Shown: positions 42,350 through 55,264, counted from the stretch's first letter. The stretch is 64,000 bases of DNA from the human T2T-CHM13v2.0 reference genome, Homo sapiens (GCF_009914755.1 NC_060929.1); one strand, 5' to 3'. Made by a program: numbers and translations. The notes: generated by a model from the sequence alone, not told the origin.

Positions 42350-45223
42350 AGCATCATTCAATAAAGATTGTGAATCACATAAACAACGCAATAATTTGAT
42401 TAAATATAAAATCAATGAATCATCAAGTAATATGTCTGCAGAGACTCAGGCTAAATTTATACAGCTTAATTTATGTTTCTCTTTTTCTTAGTTTTAACGG
42501 AATCATTGATAGCCTCAAATTCATCCTATTTCGCCGAATGATTTTCTTAGTAAATCATTGATGGGAGTTATGCCTGGCTTACATTCCATTTTACTGATCT
42601 GTAGTGTTAGTTAACTTTACAAACCAATGTATTGGTTTTTTGTCTTCTAAGATCCCGAAGGGCAAACTTTCTAACTTGTCCGAGAGAGCCACAGGAAGGG
42701 ACAGTGCCTTTCACAACAGGCTGGGTCCTCTGTCTTCCTTCCCCGATCCTTCCAACGTGTCACAATACACTGGGTGAAATTGGTTTGGGCTCTTGAATAG
42801 ACTCTTCACAAAGCCTGGTGGATTTCTTGGCTTAGTCCCCTGTGGTTGTGGAAGTGTATATAAATGGAATCTTTGATGATTCATTCTAGTATTTTTAATG
42901 GGTATTGAATTTGTGCTATTCATGTCTAGATTTCTGAGGATTTTCCTTTTAGTCTTTTCTCTCTCATATGAAGACATTTTTCTATGCCTTATCAATCTCT
43001 TGGATCCTATTTGCTTTTACAATAACTGCCGAACCCCCAATAATTACATCTTCATGGTCACAATTCTTAGAAGAATTTGTGGTTTCCCCACCCATAAATG
43101 CTCACTTGGGGCTCACAGAGACTTCTCAGTGGCCATATCTAGATAAAGCACAAATTCACAAATCCAGACAATGCCCCATAGTCTGACACTTTTCCCTCTG
43201 AATATATGTTTCCCCTTTGTCCTCTCAACTTAAAAGCAACCAAAATCTGTTAAGAACAGATCTCTGACCTCTGACTAGCCATAATGCATAAAACCCCTTA
43301 TGGGAAAAAAACACAATTTGGTCATGATATAATAATTTGTTACACAAAACTCTTCTACCCCAAGTTGAGAGGAAAGCAACAGAAAACAAAAACAAAAAAT
43401 CACTGAATGTGGTTTCAATAGTGTCAATGGAATGGTGATAATTTATTACAGTAACTTAATTAAATTGCTGCTCTTAACAATGCGTAGTATGGCACAGAAC
43501 TCATTACAAGTAGCCTGAAAATCTGCTGTTAATTTTAACCTTGACATGCGAAGTCCTAACAGAGGAGATTCTGGTTAGAAGGAAAATAAGTGATATATTT
43601 TAGTCATCATGAAAGACAGTGATATACTTTCAATACTTAAAGAAAACCAAAGCTGTGTGTTTCTTTTCATATGATCATAAACATAGATGCGGAAAGGAGA
43701 GGAGACGGGACACATTTCATTGGATTTAAGGTTCTGTGACAGGAGAATAATATTGGAAAAGTAGCCATGGGATAAAAGAACTCAGCATCAATTTATATAC
43801 ATATAAATCCACTTAGCCTCAACTTATGCTGCTAAATTACCTTCCTGAGACCTAAGACCTGCTATTATATGTGTATGGAATATGGAATATGTGCTATACC
43901 TACAAGGCAAGTGATTTTCTTGCTAACATAAAATTGTGCCAGGTTAGGGAATTCCAGGAGTTATTGGAGTTTCTAAAGGGACGTTTTAGAGAGAAAATAT
44001 GTTGATTGCATCAAGCAACTGCATGAAAGAACATGCTGAGAAAGCTGAGTTCATGCTCACAGTGGATAGCAAAGAGGGAGAGGACATCACAGTGAGGTGA
44101 AGGCAGGATTCTCAGCTCTGCCCAAGGAAAAAGTGCTTGCTCTGAGATTTTCGTCTCTACAGTTGTTCCTGGGATAGAATATAGGTGCAGTCTCACCTGA
44201 TTATATCAGGAATGCCATGTGGAAGAAAGATTATGTGTATCCTCAGAGACTGAAAATGTTTATTTCCCCAAAACAAAACAATGTAATATAACTTGGAACG
44301 TTCTTGTAAAATCTAGATTTGTTTTGATTTGATAGGAAGATAAAGCTGATGGAATACCATGCAGGGATGGTGAGTAGATTTATTTTATATCTAAAATGAG
44401 TAGTCATTTGTTTTTTCAAGTCATGACTTCAAAAATTAGCATGCAGACTTGGCTGGGAGAGTTCTCTGATGGCTGGAAGATGTGTGTGGGTGTGTTTATG
44501 CACATTTTGTTTTTTATACTAGCTGCATTTGACCTATTTTTCCCCACAGTGGGGATGGCTTGTTGGGCCCATGAACACTTTGAGGAGCAGGTCTCTGGGA
44601 AGGCATTTTATGAATCAGAATGGCTGGTTGCCCATGTAGTAATCATGAAGAAGGAGATGCATGTTGAATGTAAAGAAGGATCCTTTGACAGACAAACCAA
44701 GCTCACACTAGCTTATGGGAAAAGAGAATGCACTGGATCATAGAACAGAAAATTCTAGCTCCAGATATGGCTGGATCCAGGGGCTCAAATGCTGTGGGTA
44801 TCTCTGTCTCTCCTGTACTTCTGATGGGCATTATTCTTAGGACAACTCACTTCTTGCTGCAACCAAGTGGCCCTTGGTCAGTTGGAGACCTGCTTTGTCC
44901 ATGGTGTAAATATGTAAAATAGGGTCAATAATCCCTGTGTCACAGGGTTTACAAGGGTCAAGTTAGACAATGTAGATAACGAACCCAACACAGCACCTAC
45001 TGCAGGATCAGTACTCTAGTTCAGTATCCAGCACATGGTGGAGGTATTTTTTGTGTTTTTAATAATCATCATATGGTCTTTCTGGGATTATCAATGTCCT
45101 ATAGAGAAATTAGACATTGTTCTGATTACAGGATTTCAGGAAGATGTGCTTCTTTGTGATAAACACCACATCAAGGAGAACAGTGATGCTCTATCTCCAG
45201 CTCAGTGCAAAGGAAGGACTTTC

Positions 45224-45308
45224 TTTTTTCTTTTTTTTTTTTTTTTGGACAGAGTCTCACTCTGTCACCAGGCTGGAGTGCAGCAGCATGATCTCAGCTC
45301 ACTGCAAC
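45224..45308 (-). mobile_element. Severely 5'-truncated Alu insertion
   Basis: T-tail plus ~60 bp of right arm; TSD CAAAGGAAGGACTTTC (45208-45223) / CAAAGGAGAGACTTTC (45309-45324). Confidence 0.9.
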
Positions 45309-45616
45309 CAAAGGAGAGACTTTCAATGTGGTTTCTGTGCTTCATTTCCCCTCAGTTGCAACACTTGTGCCCTTTCTCTCCCAGTTCACATCTGCCCTCC
45401 TCCCATTCACTCTCATACCATGATACCCAGTGAGCACAGCAATAGCCCAGGGGGAAGATGGGACCTCCTCCCGGGGGCTCATATGAGGACCTTGTGGCTC
45501 TTCCACACAGGGGTCAGCCAGGGTTTGAGGATTCCCCTGAGGATCGTGGCTCCCTCCTCTTGGCACCATAACTATCATGAATTGCAATATTATGGGTATC
45601 TTTAACCCATACCCAG

Positions 45617-45978
45617 TGTATTAGTCCATTTTCATACTGCTATGAAGAAATACCCAAGACTGGATAATTTATAAAGAAAAAGAGATTTAATGGACTCACA
45701 GTTCCACATGTCTGGGGAGGCCTCACAATCGTGGTGGAAGGTGAAGGAGGAGCAAAGGCACATCTTACATGGTGGCAGGTAAGAGTGTGTGTGCAGGGGA
45801 ACTGCCCTTTATAAAAATATCTGATCTTGTGAGGCTTATTCACTATCACAAGAACAGCATGGAAAACCCACCCCCATGATTCAATTACCTTCCACTGGGT
45901 CCTCCCTTCTACACATGAGGATTATGGGAGCAACAATTCAAGATGAAATTTGGGTGGGGACACAGCCAAACCATATCA
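45617..45978 (-). mobile_element. THE1 (B/C-like) MaLR solo LTR
   Basis: TGTATTAGTCCATTTTCATACTGCTATGAAG...GGGGACACAGCCAAACCATATCA. Confidence 0.95.
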
Positions 45979-46124
45979 CCTATTGCCAATTATTAAGTAA
46001 CAAATGAATATATAACAACCATAGAAAAATGTAGAAGTTTTCCATGTAGAAAACATATTCTAATCACAGAAAAACTGTAGAAGACACTGTGATTGGTCAA
46101 TTCAATATTTATCACTACTTTCCG

Positions 46125-46768
46125 TTCATTTCTAAGGACACTCCTGTGTTGGTTGGTTAGCTACATGTCCAGCTAAAAGTCTCAATTTTGTAGGCTTCCT
46201 TTCATCCAGTGGTGACCTTTTGACATAGTTCTGGCCAATGAGAATCTTAATTTTCTTGGGTGATGCTCCTAGGAAAACTGCTGTTTTCAGATCAAAAGAA
46301 ACACACTCACTTAGCAGGGGAGACATCATGATCACAAAGGTGATTTTCCCAGGGCAAAGCTTATCCATTGCACTCCACATGTGCTGACCCGTCATTTTCC
46401 CAAATGTGATAAACTCAACTGCATAATTGTGGCAGTAGGGAACTGCATTTACACTTTCCCCTAGTTAAATAAATAAGAAAATAAACAGATCGAGCTGGAC
46501 CACTATTTTGGCCCCTTTTCCTTCTCATGTGTCTGGAATACAAATGCCTAGAGGTAAAACTGCCATTCTGTGAGCATGAGGATGGCGCCACACCTGACAG
46601 TCATAGAGCAAGAAAGCAAGAGGGGCTGGTTCCCTGGGGACAGTTTGGAATTCCATTTTCTATCCATAGCTGTATACCTCTAGTGTTCACTTATCTGAAG
46701 GAAAAGGGGTTTGGATAATTCACTTTTGCAAGTTTGTGTTACTTGCAGCTTAAGAAAACCCTAATGGG
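46125..46768 (+). mobile_element. LTR33-like old ERVL LTR, interrupted by the U1 retrocopy
   Basis: CAGCTAAAAG...GACATAGTTCTGGCCAATGAG...GCCATTCTGTGAGCATGAGG...GTTACTTGCAGC. Confidence 0.6.
46303..46463 (+). pseudogene. Processed U1 snRNA pseudogene (RNU1-type), full length
   Basis: Collinear with U1: GCAGGGGAGACATCATGATCACAAAGGTGATTTTCCCAGGGCAAAGCTTATCCATTGCACTCC...CTTTCCCCT; A-rich tail; probable TSD AAAAGAAAC/AAAATAAAC. Confidence 0.95.
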
Positions 46769-46892
46769 TACCAAGTCTAAAATATTGCAAGGGAAAATAA
46801 AATGCAAAGAATCTTAGCAAACATCATAAAAGACACCAACAAAAATTTGGCCATGGGCACTTTTAAAGGGCATAACAGTAAAGTAACTGATA

Positions 46893-46962
46893 CACACACA
46901 CACACACACACATGCACAGGCACACACATGTATATGCAAACATACACACAAATATACATGCA
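46893..46962. repeat. Imperfect (CA)n microsatellite
   Basis: Direct reading. Confidence 0.85.
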
Positions 46963-47977
46963 CATTCTTCTTTTCCATTGATATTCTACTATCACTGGAC
47001 ATTAGGAGTGCACATAGAAAAATGTCAGAATAAATTAGTAATTTTTTCTCCTTTATTCATTTTTTTAATTGAAGAGGAGAGATAGCATTAAAGTTTCCCC
47101 AGAAAATTTGTATAAATGCCCTTATTAGAAAGAACTAGCACCCTAGGAGTTTTCTTTACTGTCCTATGGCTGGAGCAAATGACTTTCTATTTTGCCCTGT
47201 TATTGCAAAATTGCAAGGATCAGTGAACATTGATAATTGAAGCATGAAATGGAGGCCACTTTTACCTGAATTATAAATTTGTGCAATTGCTCTTGGAGAA
47301 AATAACTTGCCCAACTGCCAACCTAACTCTGCAATCCGAACTAGGCTATCAGATTTCATGAGAAATAAATGAGTTGGTCTATATTAACATAATATTTTAT
47401 GCACATTTAATTTTGTTATTTTAAATCATCAAGATAAATTTATAAAGACTATTACAATCTTAAGAATCATGCAATAATTTCACTGTCAGATGAGACTAAT
47501 TTTACTCTTATTGCAAACAATGTAGGTCAGACATGAATGATATTTTTCCTTTTCCTTCTGTTCATGCTCACCTCCTATTTCTAAGAATGGTGTGTGGAAG
47601 TCATGGAAGTAGAACACACCGTATCTCAGTGAGGAATTTTGTGCCTCTTCCTGGTTCTTGGCATGAGAGGCCCAATTACTGTTCATGGGAAAAAAAAAAA
47701 AAAAAAAAGACATGCAAAATTAAAAGCTGAAGGGGTGAAAGTAGGCAACTTAAAAAAAAAACACACAGAAAAGTCCCCACCAAGAAAAGCCATTCAAATA
47801 CTAATGGCTTTTGATTTGACATTGAATAATAGAGTTATTTAAAATAGTAGTTCAAGATATGAAACAAACCCACAAGAGTTGAAGACTTTTGGTAGCGCTA
47901 TGAGAAGCTGGTATGTGAACAATTGCATCTGGATGTTGCCAACCTAAGGAGGACCACCAAGGCCATCTCTCCTCATT

Positions 47978-48108
47978 CCTGTAATCCCAGCTACTCCAGA
48001 GGCTGAGGCAGGAGAATCGCTTGTACCCTGGAGGTGGAGGTTGCAGTGAGCCGAGGTCGTGCCAGCCTGGACAACAGAGTGAAAAACCATCTAAAAAAAG
48101 AAAAAAAG
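47978..48108 (+). mobile_element. Alu right-arm fragment
   Basis: CCTGTAATCCCAGCTACTC...GAGGTTGCAGTGAGCCGAG plus A-tail; ~10-bp internal deletion at GCCA|GCC. Confidence 0.9.
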
Positions 48109-48277
48109 ATGATGAAAGAATTATAGCAGATATACAATAATTACTTTGGAATTGTTTCTTGTAAAAGGTTTCTAAAAAATGGATCATAGTTTTCTAAATT
48201 ATGTCCATTGTTTAAAATGACTTTTACCAAACTATCTGAAAAATAAAAATGGAAAACAATGCACAACAATACTGCTA

Positions 48278-48682
48278 TTGTGTCTCAGGTTGATTTTCCT
48301 GAGTGCAGACCCTGAGATGATGTTTGAGGGGCAAGATGTTCATTTGCGCTACCACCTGTGAAGGGAAAGGGAGGAGGCAGGGTTGGACAGAGGTAAGGTC
48401 CAGGTGTGATGTCACCAAGCCTCCCTGCATGATGGGCAGCCGGGGTGGGGAATTGATGGCAGAGTCGTCCTGCAGCAAGCTCAGGGCTTTGCTTCCCACC
48501 TGTTCAGCTTCTGGATATGGGCAACCAAAAAAAGGGGTGGCCATGGGCTGGGTGGCTCACTGCAGCTGAGGCTGACCCTGGAAGGGCTGCGAACTGGACC
48601 TGGTGTCTGCTGACCCCACTCCCTGCCTCTGGCCAGTGAGTTCTTCCTGAAGAAGGATCTAGAAGTGCATTTGTGTGTCTAA
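48278..48682 (-). mobile_element. LTR40-like ERVL solo LTR
   Basis: GCAGACCCTGAGATG...CACCTGTGAAGGGAAAGGGAG...CTGCAGCTGAGGCTGACCCTG...CCTGAAGAAGGATCT. Confidence 0.7.
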
Positions 48683-48768
48683 TGAAGTGAAACATGCAAT
48701 GTTAAAATTTTCAACAGTGGGAGTTCTCCATGCTTTCTTTACATTATCCAACAATTTAAAAGCAAATG

Positions 48769-49067
48769 GGCCGCGCGGTGTCTCAGTCCTGTAATCCTAG
48801 CACTTTGGGTGGCCAAGGTGGTAGGATCACTTCAGACCAGCCTGGGCAATACAGTCAGACTTCTTCTCTCCTCCTCCTCCTCCTCCTACCACTACTACTA
48901 CTACTAAAAATGAGCCAGGTGCGGTCGTGTGTGCCTGCAGTCCCCGCTACTTGGGAGGCTGAGGTGGACTAATCATTTGATCCAAGGAGATCTAGGCTGC
49001 AGTGAGCTGTGATGGTGCCCCTGCACTCCAGGTGAGACTCTGTCTCAAAAAAAAAAAAAAAGAAAGA
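48769..49067 (+). mobile_element. AluJ with internal (CTC)n(CTA)n microsatellite
   Basis: Exact TSD AAAAGCAAATG at 48758-48768 and 49068-49078. Confidence 0.92.
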
Positions 49068-49609
49068 AAAAGCAAATGACCTTACTTGTAATTTATTAAT
49101 AAGGGTCAATTATTATTATAAACTTATTTTAAATATATCAATATATTTGCCTAATTAATAGATTAAATAATATATAATTAATTAATATAGTAATATGTAT
49201 ACCATCCATACGTTCATTGTAAGTGTTAAGTTATTAATTGATTCGTGAAATGTGGACTGAAGACTCTGGAGACGTCCCTCCTTACAGTTAAACCCGGTGC
49301 TCTCTCTCTAGCAGGGACTGTGCCTCTGTGACCCTGCGGCTGGAATAACCCTGCAAGAGTGGAAAGAAGTCAGAAGGAGCTCGGCTCGCTGAGCACCCGG
49401 GCTGTGCCCCTGAACTTCTTACTTGAAGAAAGCCCCTAATATGTCCACTCCAGTGTTAGGAGAATTTGGAGCATATGATGGTGGCTCCCCTGCTTCTGCA
49501 CACCCCTAACCCGGAATTGGAGGGGATAATTTGCGTCACTACAAAAAGCTATCATGGGCGGATGGTTCTCTTGACCACTCAAAATAGGTTTTCAATTCCA
49601 TTTTCCGGC

Positions 49610-50100
49610 AGAGCAGCTGGAGTCTCTGGAATTTCTACGTCCCGTGCCTCTGCCTTCCACCTAGCACAGGACAGGACCCCCGAGGGCGGTGGCCCTGCAG
49701 ACAGCCCTTCTCTAGGACTGGGCACCTGCCTAGGGAGCCTGAGATGAGGTCGGCCTTGGCTCATCACCTGGAGAGAGTGGATCTGGGAGGCCCGGGCAGC
49801 GCTACGCAGGGCCCAGCCTGGGTGGAGCCCCCGAGGCGGGGACGGTGGAGCCTCGCGGACCCTGGCTGGGGTCGGGGCAGAATCCAGGCATTGGGCGCTC
49901 CAGGTGAGACGAGGAGTCCTCACCCCAGTGAACTGTGAGGCCAAGGGACCCTGGGACAGGGCGGGCTCTGGCCACTAAACAGCAAAGAAGGCAGAGACAT
50001 CCTATGCCGTTCCATGTGGGAGCCTCAGACTCTCAGGAGTCCTGGCGAGCCCCAGGGTCTTTGGCCACGTTTGGATGGGTCGGGTGGGGCCAGGATCCAG
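49610..50100. promoter_or_regulatory. CpG-island-like GC-rich patch, candidate promoter or enhancer
   Basis: Non-repeat sequence with many retained CpGs and GC boxes (GAGGCGGGG, AGGGCGGG, AGGGCGGTGG) against an AT-rich background. Confidence 0.55.
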
Positions 50101-50439
50101 CATTTCCCCAGGGCTCTGAGGAGAGAAGGGAACGGGAAGGTTCTGGTCATGTCGGAGGAGTGTGGAAAGTTCCTTTTCCAGTAGAAATATCAAGTCTCAC
50201 ATTTACGTTTAGGCAGTTGACAAACTTTGAAAAGCTTTGAACTTTTGTTTGGCATTGAATCCACATCATCTGTCGCTCATGTAAACACAGCAGAATTCCA
50301 TAAGGACTGGGTGGTGAACCCCCACTCTCTACGGGGCTCCAGCCCCATGCTGTCTCTTGCTTGGTTTCTGACATTAACAACGGAGTAGAACATGTTGTCA
50401 TTTATTTGTTGACATCGCAGATGAAGGAGTAGAATCCAT

Positions 50440-50666
50440 TTTGCGGGGAAAGATGTAGAGATATTGATTGGATGTAGCCACAGGGGATCACTGGGTGCCT
50501 TAAAGAGAGCGGTTGCAACTTCGTGCTGGGGTAGAAGAGACTTGAGTGAGGTGAGGACTGAGTTGCAGGTGGGGGTGAGGAAATGGAGAGAGCAAAGTAG
50601 CAGTTTTAAGGAAGTTTCTGGTAGGGAGAAAGAGTTACATGAGTAATGACAGGGATATAGAGCGCT

Positions 50667-50697
<31 letters not shown>

Positions 50698-51330
50698 GAG
50701 ATGGAGTCTTGCTCTGTCGCCCATGCTGGAGGGCAGTGGTGCGATCTCGGCTTACTGTAAACTCCGCCTCCTGGGTTCAAGCAATTCTCCTGTCTCAGAG
50801 TAGCTGGGATTACAGGCGCCCACCACCACGCCTGGCTAATTTATGTATTTTTTAGTAGAGACGGGGTTTCACCATGTTAGCCAGGCTGGTCTTGACCTCC
50901 TGACCTCAGGTGATCCGTCCGCCTCGGCCTCCCAAAATGCTGGGATTGTAGGCGTGAGAACCACCGCGCCTGGCCAGATGGAAGATTTTAAAGCAATTTT
51001 TAATGCTGATGAGTATACACAGAAGATAGATTAAATATACAGTAGAAAGGAGATAATTTATAGACCGGGGTGCCTAATGATTGAGAGGTAGCATGGATGA
51101 GTTCCATGGTACCTGGGGAGAAGCTGAGCTGAAACAAAACTGAGGCACCTGCTCCTGGTTAACAGGAGAGGAGAAAATGGTGAATGAAATGCAGGTGAGT
51201 TTGTAGAATGGCAATGCAAATCGGAGCTAGATCAATGGCTAATCTCTCAAAGAAGTTAGAAACAGGGGCTTCTGTTGAAAAATACACAGCTTTCAGAAGT
51301 GAAAATATTTGAAATAATCATTGCAGAGAA
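50440..51330 (-). mobile_element. L2 fragment interrupted by an Alu
   Basis: GGAGAGAGCAAAGTAGCAGTTTTAAGGAAGTTT...TTTTAATGCTGATG purine-rich antisense L2 pattern. Confidence 0.65.
50669..50975 (-). mobile_element. AluS (Sx/Sz-like) SINE
   Basis: (TTTG)n tail and full dimer ending ACCGCGCCTGGCC. Confidence 0.95.
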
Positions 51331-51627
51331 TAGGAAAATGAATTAATTATAGCTTGCAGACTTTAGTAGATTGGAAGAGAATGAAGTCTCTTTTCTGCTT
51401 TGTTTTAATCTAGAGATATTTTTCTCCTGAACATTTCTATATTTATTGTAAAAATATACTATCTTTTTAATTTACAGAATTTTAGAAATGATTGTGAATG
51501 AAAATATAAAAAATCTTTCCTCTGAATATGAGGTAGCCTATCTGTCTACTACGTATTGTTTTTCCCATTTGCCATTTCTATAACAAGCTGGTAGAATTTG
51601 ATATATACAGTGATTTCGAAAAGAAAT

Positions 51628-51896
51628 ACATATGTCTTTGTTTGCTGTTGCTTATTATGGAATACCTGAACCTGGGTAGTTTATAAAGAAAAGGGGCCAA
51701 GTGCATGGTGAGGGGCGCACGCGGCCTCTCTTCTTAAAAAGCCCCCAATCCCATTCCCGCGAAAACCCAATGAATTAATTAATTTATGAGCCCTTATGAT
51801 CTATCATCACTTAAAGCCCCCACCTCTCTATACTGCCAGATGGGAAATTACATTTCAACAGGGGTTTTGGAGGAGACAAATATTCAAACCATAGCA
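51628..51896 (-). mobile_element. Internally deleted MST-family LTR
   Basis: CTGGGTAGTTTATAAAGAAAAG...GCCCCCACCTCTC...TTTTGGAGGAGACAAATATTCAAACCATAGCA. Confidence 0.75.
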
Positions 51897-52199
51897 ATAT
51901 AATGAACAAAAATTAAACAAAAGAATAAACTATTATGGTTTAGCAACCCTCCTTTTGCCTTAGAATGAAAATGACTGGAAAAGTTTTTTTGATTCATGTA
52001 ATTCAATGTAAAAAATAATGAATAAAAAGACAGTGAAAGATAATAAAAACGAGCTGCATTTCTGAACAACTTTATAAAAGCATGACTTTATATTTCAGAA
52101 GTATTGTATTGTAACTTTCATGTGTCTTCCACTTTTTATTTTACTAGAAACAGTCACAATGATTGGTTTATTATTTGGTTCAGGTGCCAAGAAAATTTA

Positions 52200-54960
52200 A
52201 ATTCATATTAATCCATTAATCTATCTTTCACTTATTATTTGTAAGATGTAAAAGAATTCTGCATATGCTTTTTTTGTTGGGTATACATATTAAAACACAT
52301 TTTCACTCTGATCTGCATTTCTACTTTCTGATATTGAATTGTTCATTATTTTAATGTAATTTATCACTATCTTCTTTTATAGTTTTTTTGTGTTCTGTTT
52401 GGAAAGTTTTGCCTGTTCTTAAGCTAAAAGATATTCTTGTATATTACCTTTTAGAAGCTTTATTGTTCTTTTATGAATTAGATATAAAATTCACTCCAAA
52501 GGGATTTTTGTCCATTGTATAAAGTGGGGGTCAACATATTATTTTTACTGTGAATATCCACTTTAGCTATTATAATTTATTCAAAATCATAAATAAATCA
52601 TGATATTCTTTACAACACTGCAGTACCAGCTTCGGAATAAATTACATGTCCATTTATGTGTGGGTCTGTTTCTAGATCCTATAATAGTCCATGCTCTATT
52701 TATCTCTGTCAGTTGACATCTTTCTAAAAATTCTTTCAACTTTGCTATTCTTCTTCAAGCTTATCTTGGCTATTTGCATTTCCAAATGGATTTTTGCTTC
52801 ATAATTTAAATCTCTATAGAGACCTGCTGGAATTTTAATTGAGATTACATATATCAATTTGAATAAAATAGAGATCTTTAAACTATCAAGCATTTCAATT
52901 CATTTACATGGTATATCTATACATTTATTTGTCATCTTAAATTTCTCTTAATTATGTTAAATAATTTTCTACACAGAGGCCTTACAAAACTCTTGTTACA
53001 ATTATTCCTTGCAATTTCAGGGTTTTGTATTATTATAAGCAATATTTTTAAAATTTTATTTTCTAATTGTTTGTTGTATGCAGAGATATAATAGATTTTT
53101 GTATATTGGTCTTTGTTATGGACTGAATTGTGTTTCTTAAAATTCATATATTGGAGTCTTGATCCTCAATACCTCAGAATGTAACTGTATTTGAATTTAG
53201 GGACTTTAAAGGAGTAAGTAAGGTAAATGAGGTCATATGGATGAGACTCTAATTTGATAGAACTAATGTCTTTATGCGAAGAGGAAATTTGGACACAAAA
53301 GAGACCCCAGAATTAAGTGTTCATGGAGGGACAGCCATGTGAAGTAGCAGCAGGCAGATGGCCATCTGCAAGCCAAGGAGAGAGATTTCTAGGGAAACCA
53401 GTTCAGCTGACACCTCCATCTTGGACTTTTGCCTCCAGAACTGTGAGACAGCACATTTCAATAGTTTAAGCCTCCCAGTCTGTGATATTTTGTTATGGCA
53501 GCCCTAGCAGACTAATAGAACCGTGTATCCATAAACTTTGCTAGTATATGCATAATATATATTAACGTATATGTATAATATATACATAATGTATATAAAT
53601 ATATGCATAAGTATATAATGTGATCTCTGCAAATAGTGACAGATTTATTTATTCCTTTCCAATCTTTAAGCCTGTTTTATTTAAATTTCTTGTATTATTG
53701 CCTTGGCTAGGACCTCCAGAACAACACTGAGGAAAAACTTGTTTCATACATCATTCCTGATCTAAGGGCAAAGTTTCATCAGTTACCTATTATGTATGTT
53801 TTCCTTTTTAAGTTATTTGAAGTAAATCTTTAACACATAAAATTTCGTTGTATTTCTATTTTCAAAGGGTTTTGTCAAAGTATTGGTAGAAATTTTTCAA
53901 ACGACTTTTTCTGAATATTTTTCAGATTCAGAATAAGGTTGCAAGATATTTTACATTTTTTTATTTTTGTAAATCCAGTCTGCCAAGCTTTTCATTTAGA
54001 GTATGTAATTGGTTTATACTTAATGTAATCACATATACTCGTGCTTAAAAATGTATCATTTTCTTATTAGTTTTTTTATTTTTAACATCAGTTCTATATT
54101 TCTCCTTTTCTTTGACTATTTTTTGTTAAATATTTTTATTGCTCTTTTTTTCTAAAATAATAGTTTTAACGTATACAGTTTCTTACTATTTTGAGTAGTT
54201 ACCCTAGAGTTTACAACATGAATCCATTATTTATGAAGTCTGGTGTAAATTCTTATTTACCTTTAATGATCTTCAGACCTTTTAACTGCATTTACTTACC
54301 TCCCTCTCATATCTTGTACCTTTGTTGCCCTGTATTTCATTCTCTAGATATTTCAAAGCAAATGCATTATTATTTTATATATATGCTTTAGGTTTACCTA
54401 CATATTTATCATTTCTTTTTGCTTTTTATTATTCCCATTGTCTTTATCCTTCCTTCTGGGATCATATTGTTTTTTCTAGGAAGTGTCCTTTGGTTACAAA
54501 TTCTACCAGGTTTTGCTTGTTAGAAAATGTTTTTATTTTGTTTTTGTTTATAAATGATGCTTTTCATGTGTACAGAAATCTAAAGTGACATTTATTTTCT
54601 TTCAATAGTCTGAATATTGCATTTTCAGGTTTTCTGACCTCTCTTGTTTCTGTTGAGAAGACTTTTCCTTGAAAATACAGATAGGAGCCTAAGAGAGATA
54701 TGAGGCATGGTGATAAGATACATGTGGAACTGGCACTCTAAAATAGAAGAGGAGAAAAAAAGGAGGAGGAGAATCAATATTTGAAGAATCAAGGCCTAAA
54801 ACTTTAACCAATTGACAGATATCAAACCACAGGTTAAAAGTCAATAAATCCTAAATCAACTATGTATAAAGAAAAACACACCAAGGTCAGCATAATAAAA
54901 CTGATGAAACTACATACAGAAAGAAAATCACAAAAGCAGCCTTTTTTTGAAGGCACACAT
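52200..54960 (-). mobile_element. Old L1M LINE, interrupted by MLT1B, with inverted 5' ORF1 piece (54670-54960 on +)
   Basis: ORFs 52696-52893 and 52932-53147 resemble decayed ORF2 (KISILFKLIY..ISIKIPAG); ORF1-like DNA on both strands near 54.5-54.9 kb. Confidence 0.75.
53114..53519 (+). mobile_element. MLT1B-like MaLR solo LTR nested in L1M
   Basis: TGTTATGGACTGAATTGTG...GGCCATCTGCAAGCCAAGGAGAGAG...GCAGCCCTAGCAGACTAATA. Confidence 0.9.
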
Positions 54961-55264
54961 AAACAAGTTATTTATTTTTATTTTTCAAGGCCTTTCTAAT
55001 TGTTCTTGGTGGAAGAGTTGGTCTGCAGCAAGCTAATCCACAGTGACCCAAAATAAGAAAATACACTGTTGATAGTTTTTTAATTTTTATTATTTATGTA
55101 ATTATTTTTAAATGCAGCCAGGTCAATATGAAATCAAACAATAGGAAAAAATGCCCACAGGAATATCGTGTAATACATGCATGATTTTCATGCATCCATT
55201 ATCCCTTAGTCCACAGAATGTGCACTAGCTCCTGGCATGGAAGGATAGTGGCCCATGGGCTCAT

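Noticed and set aside
49466-50240. Overlapping Pro/Gly/Arg-rich ORFs in the CpG patch
   Set aside because: Expected from high GC content; present on both strands with no recognisable domain
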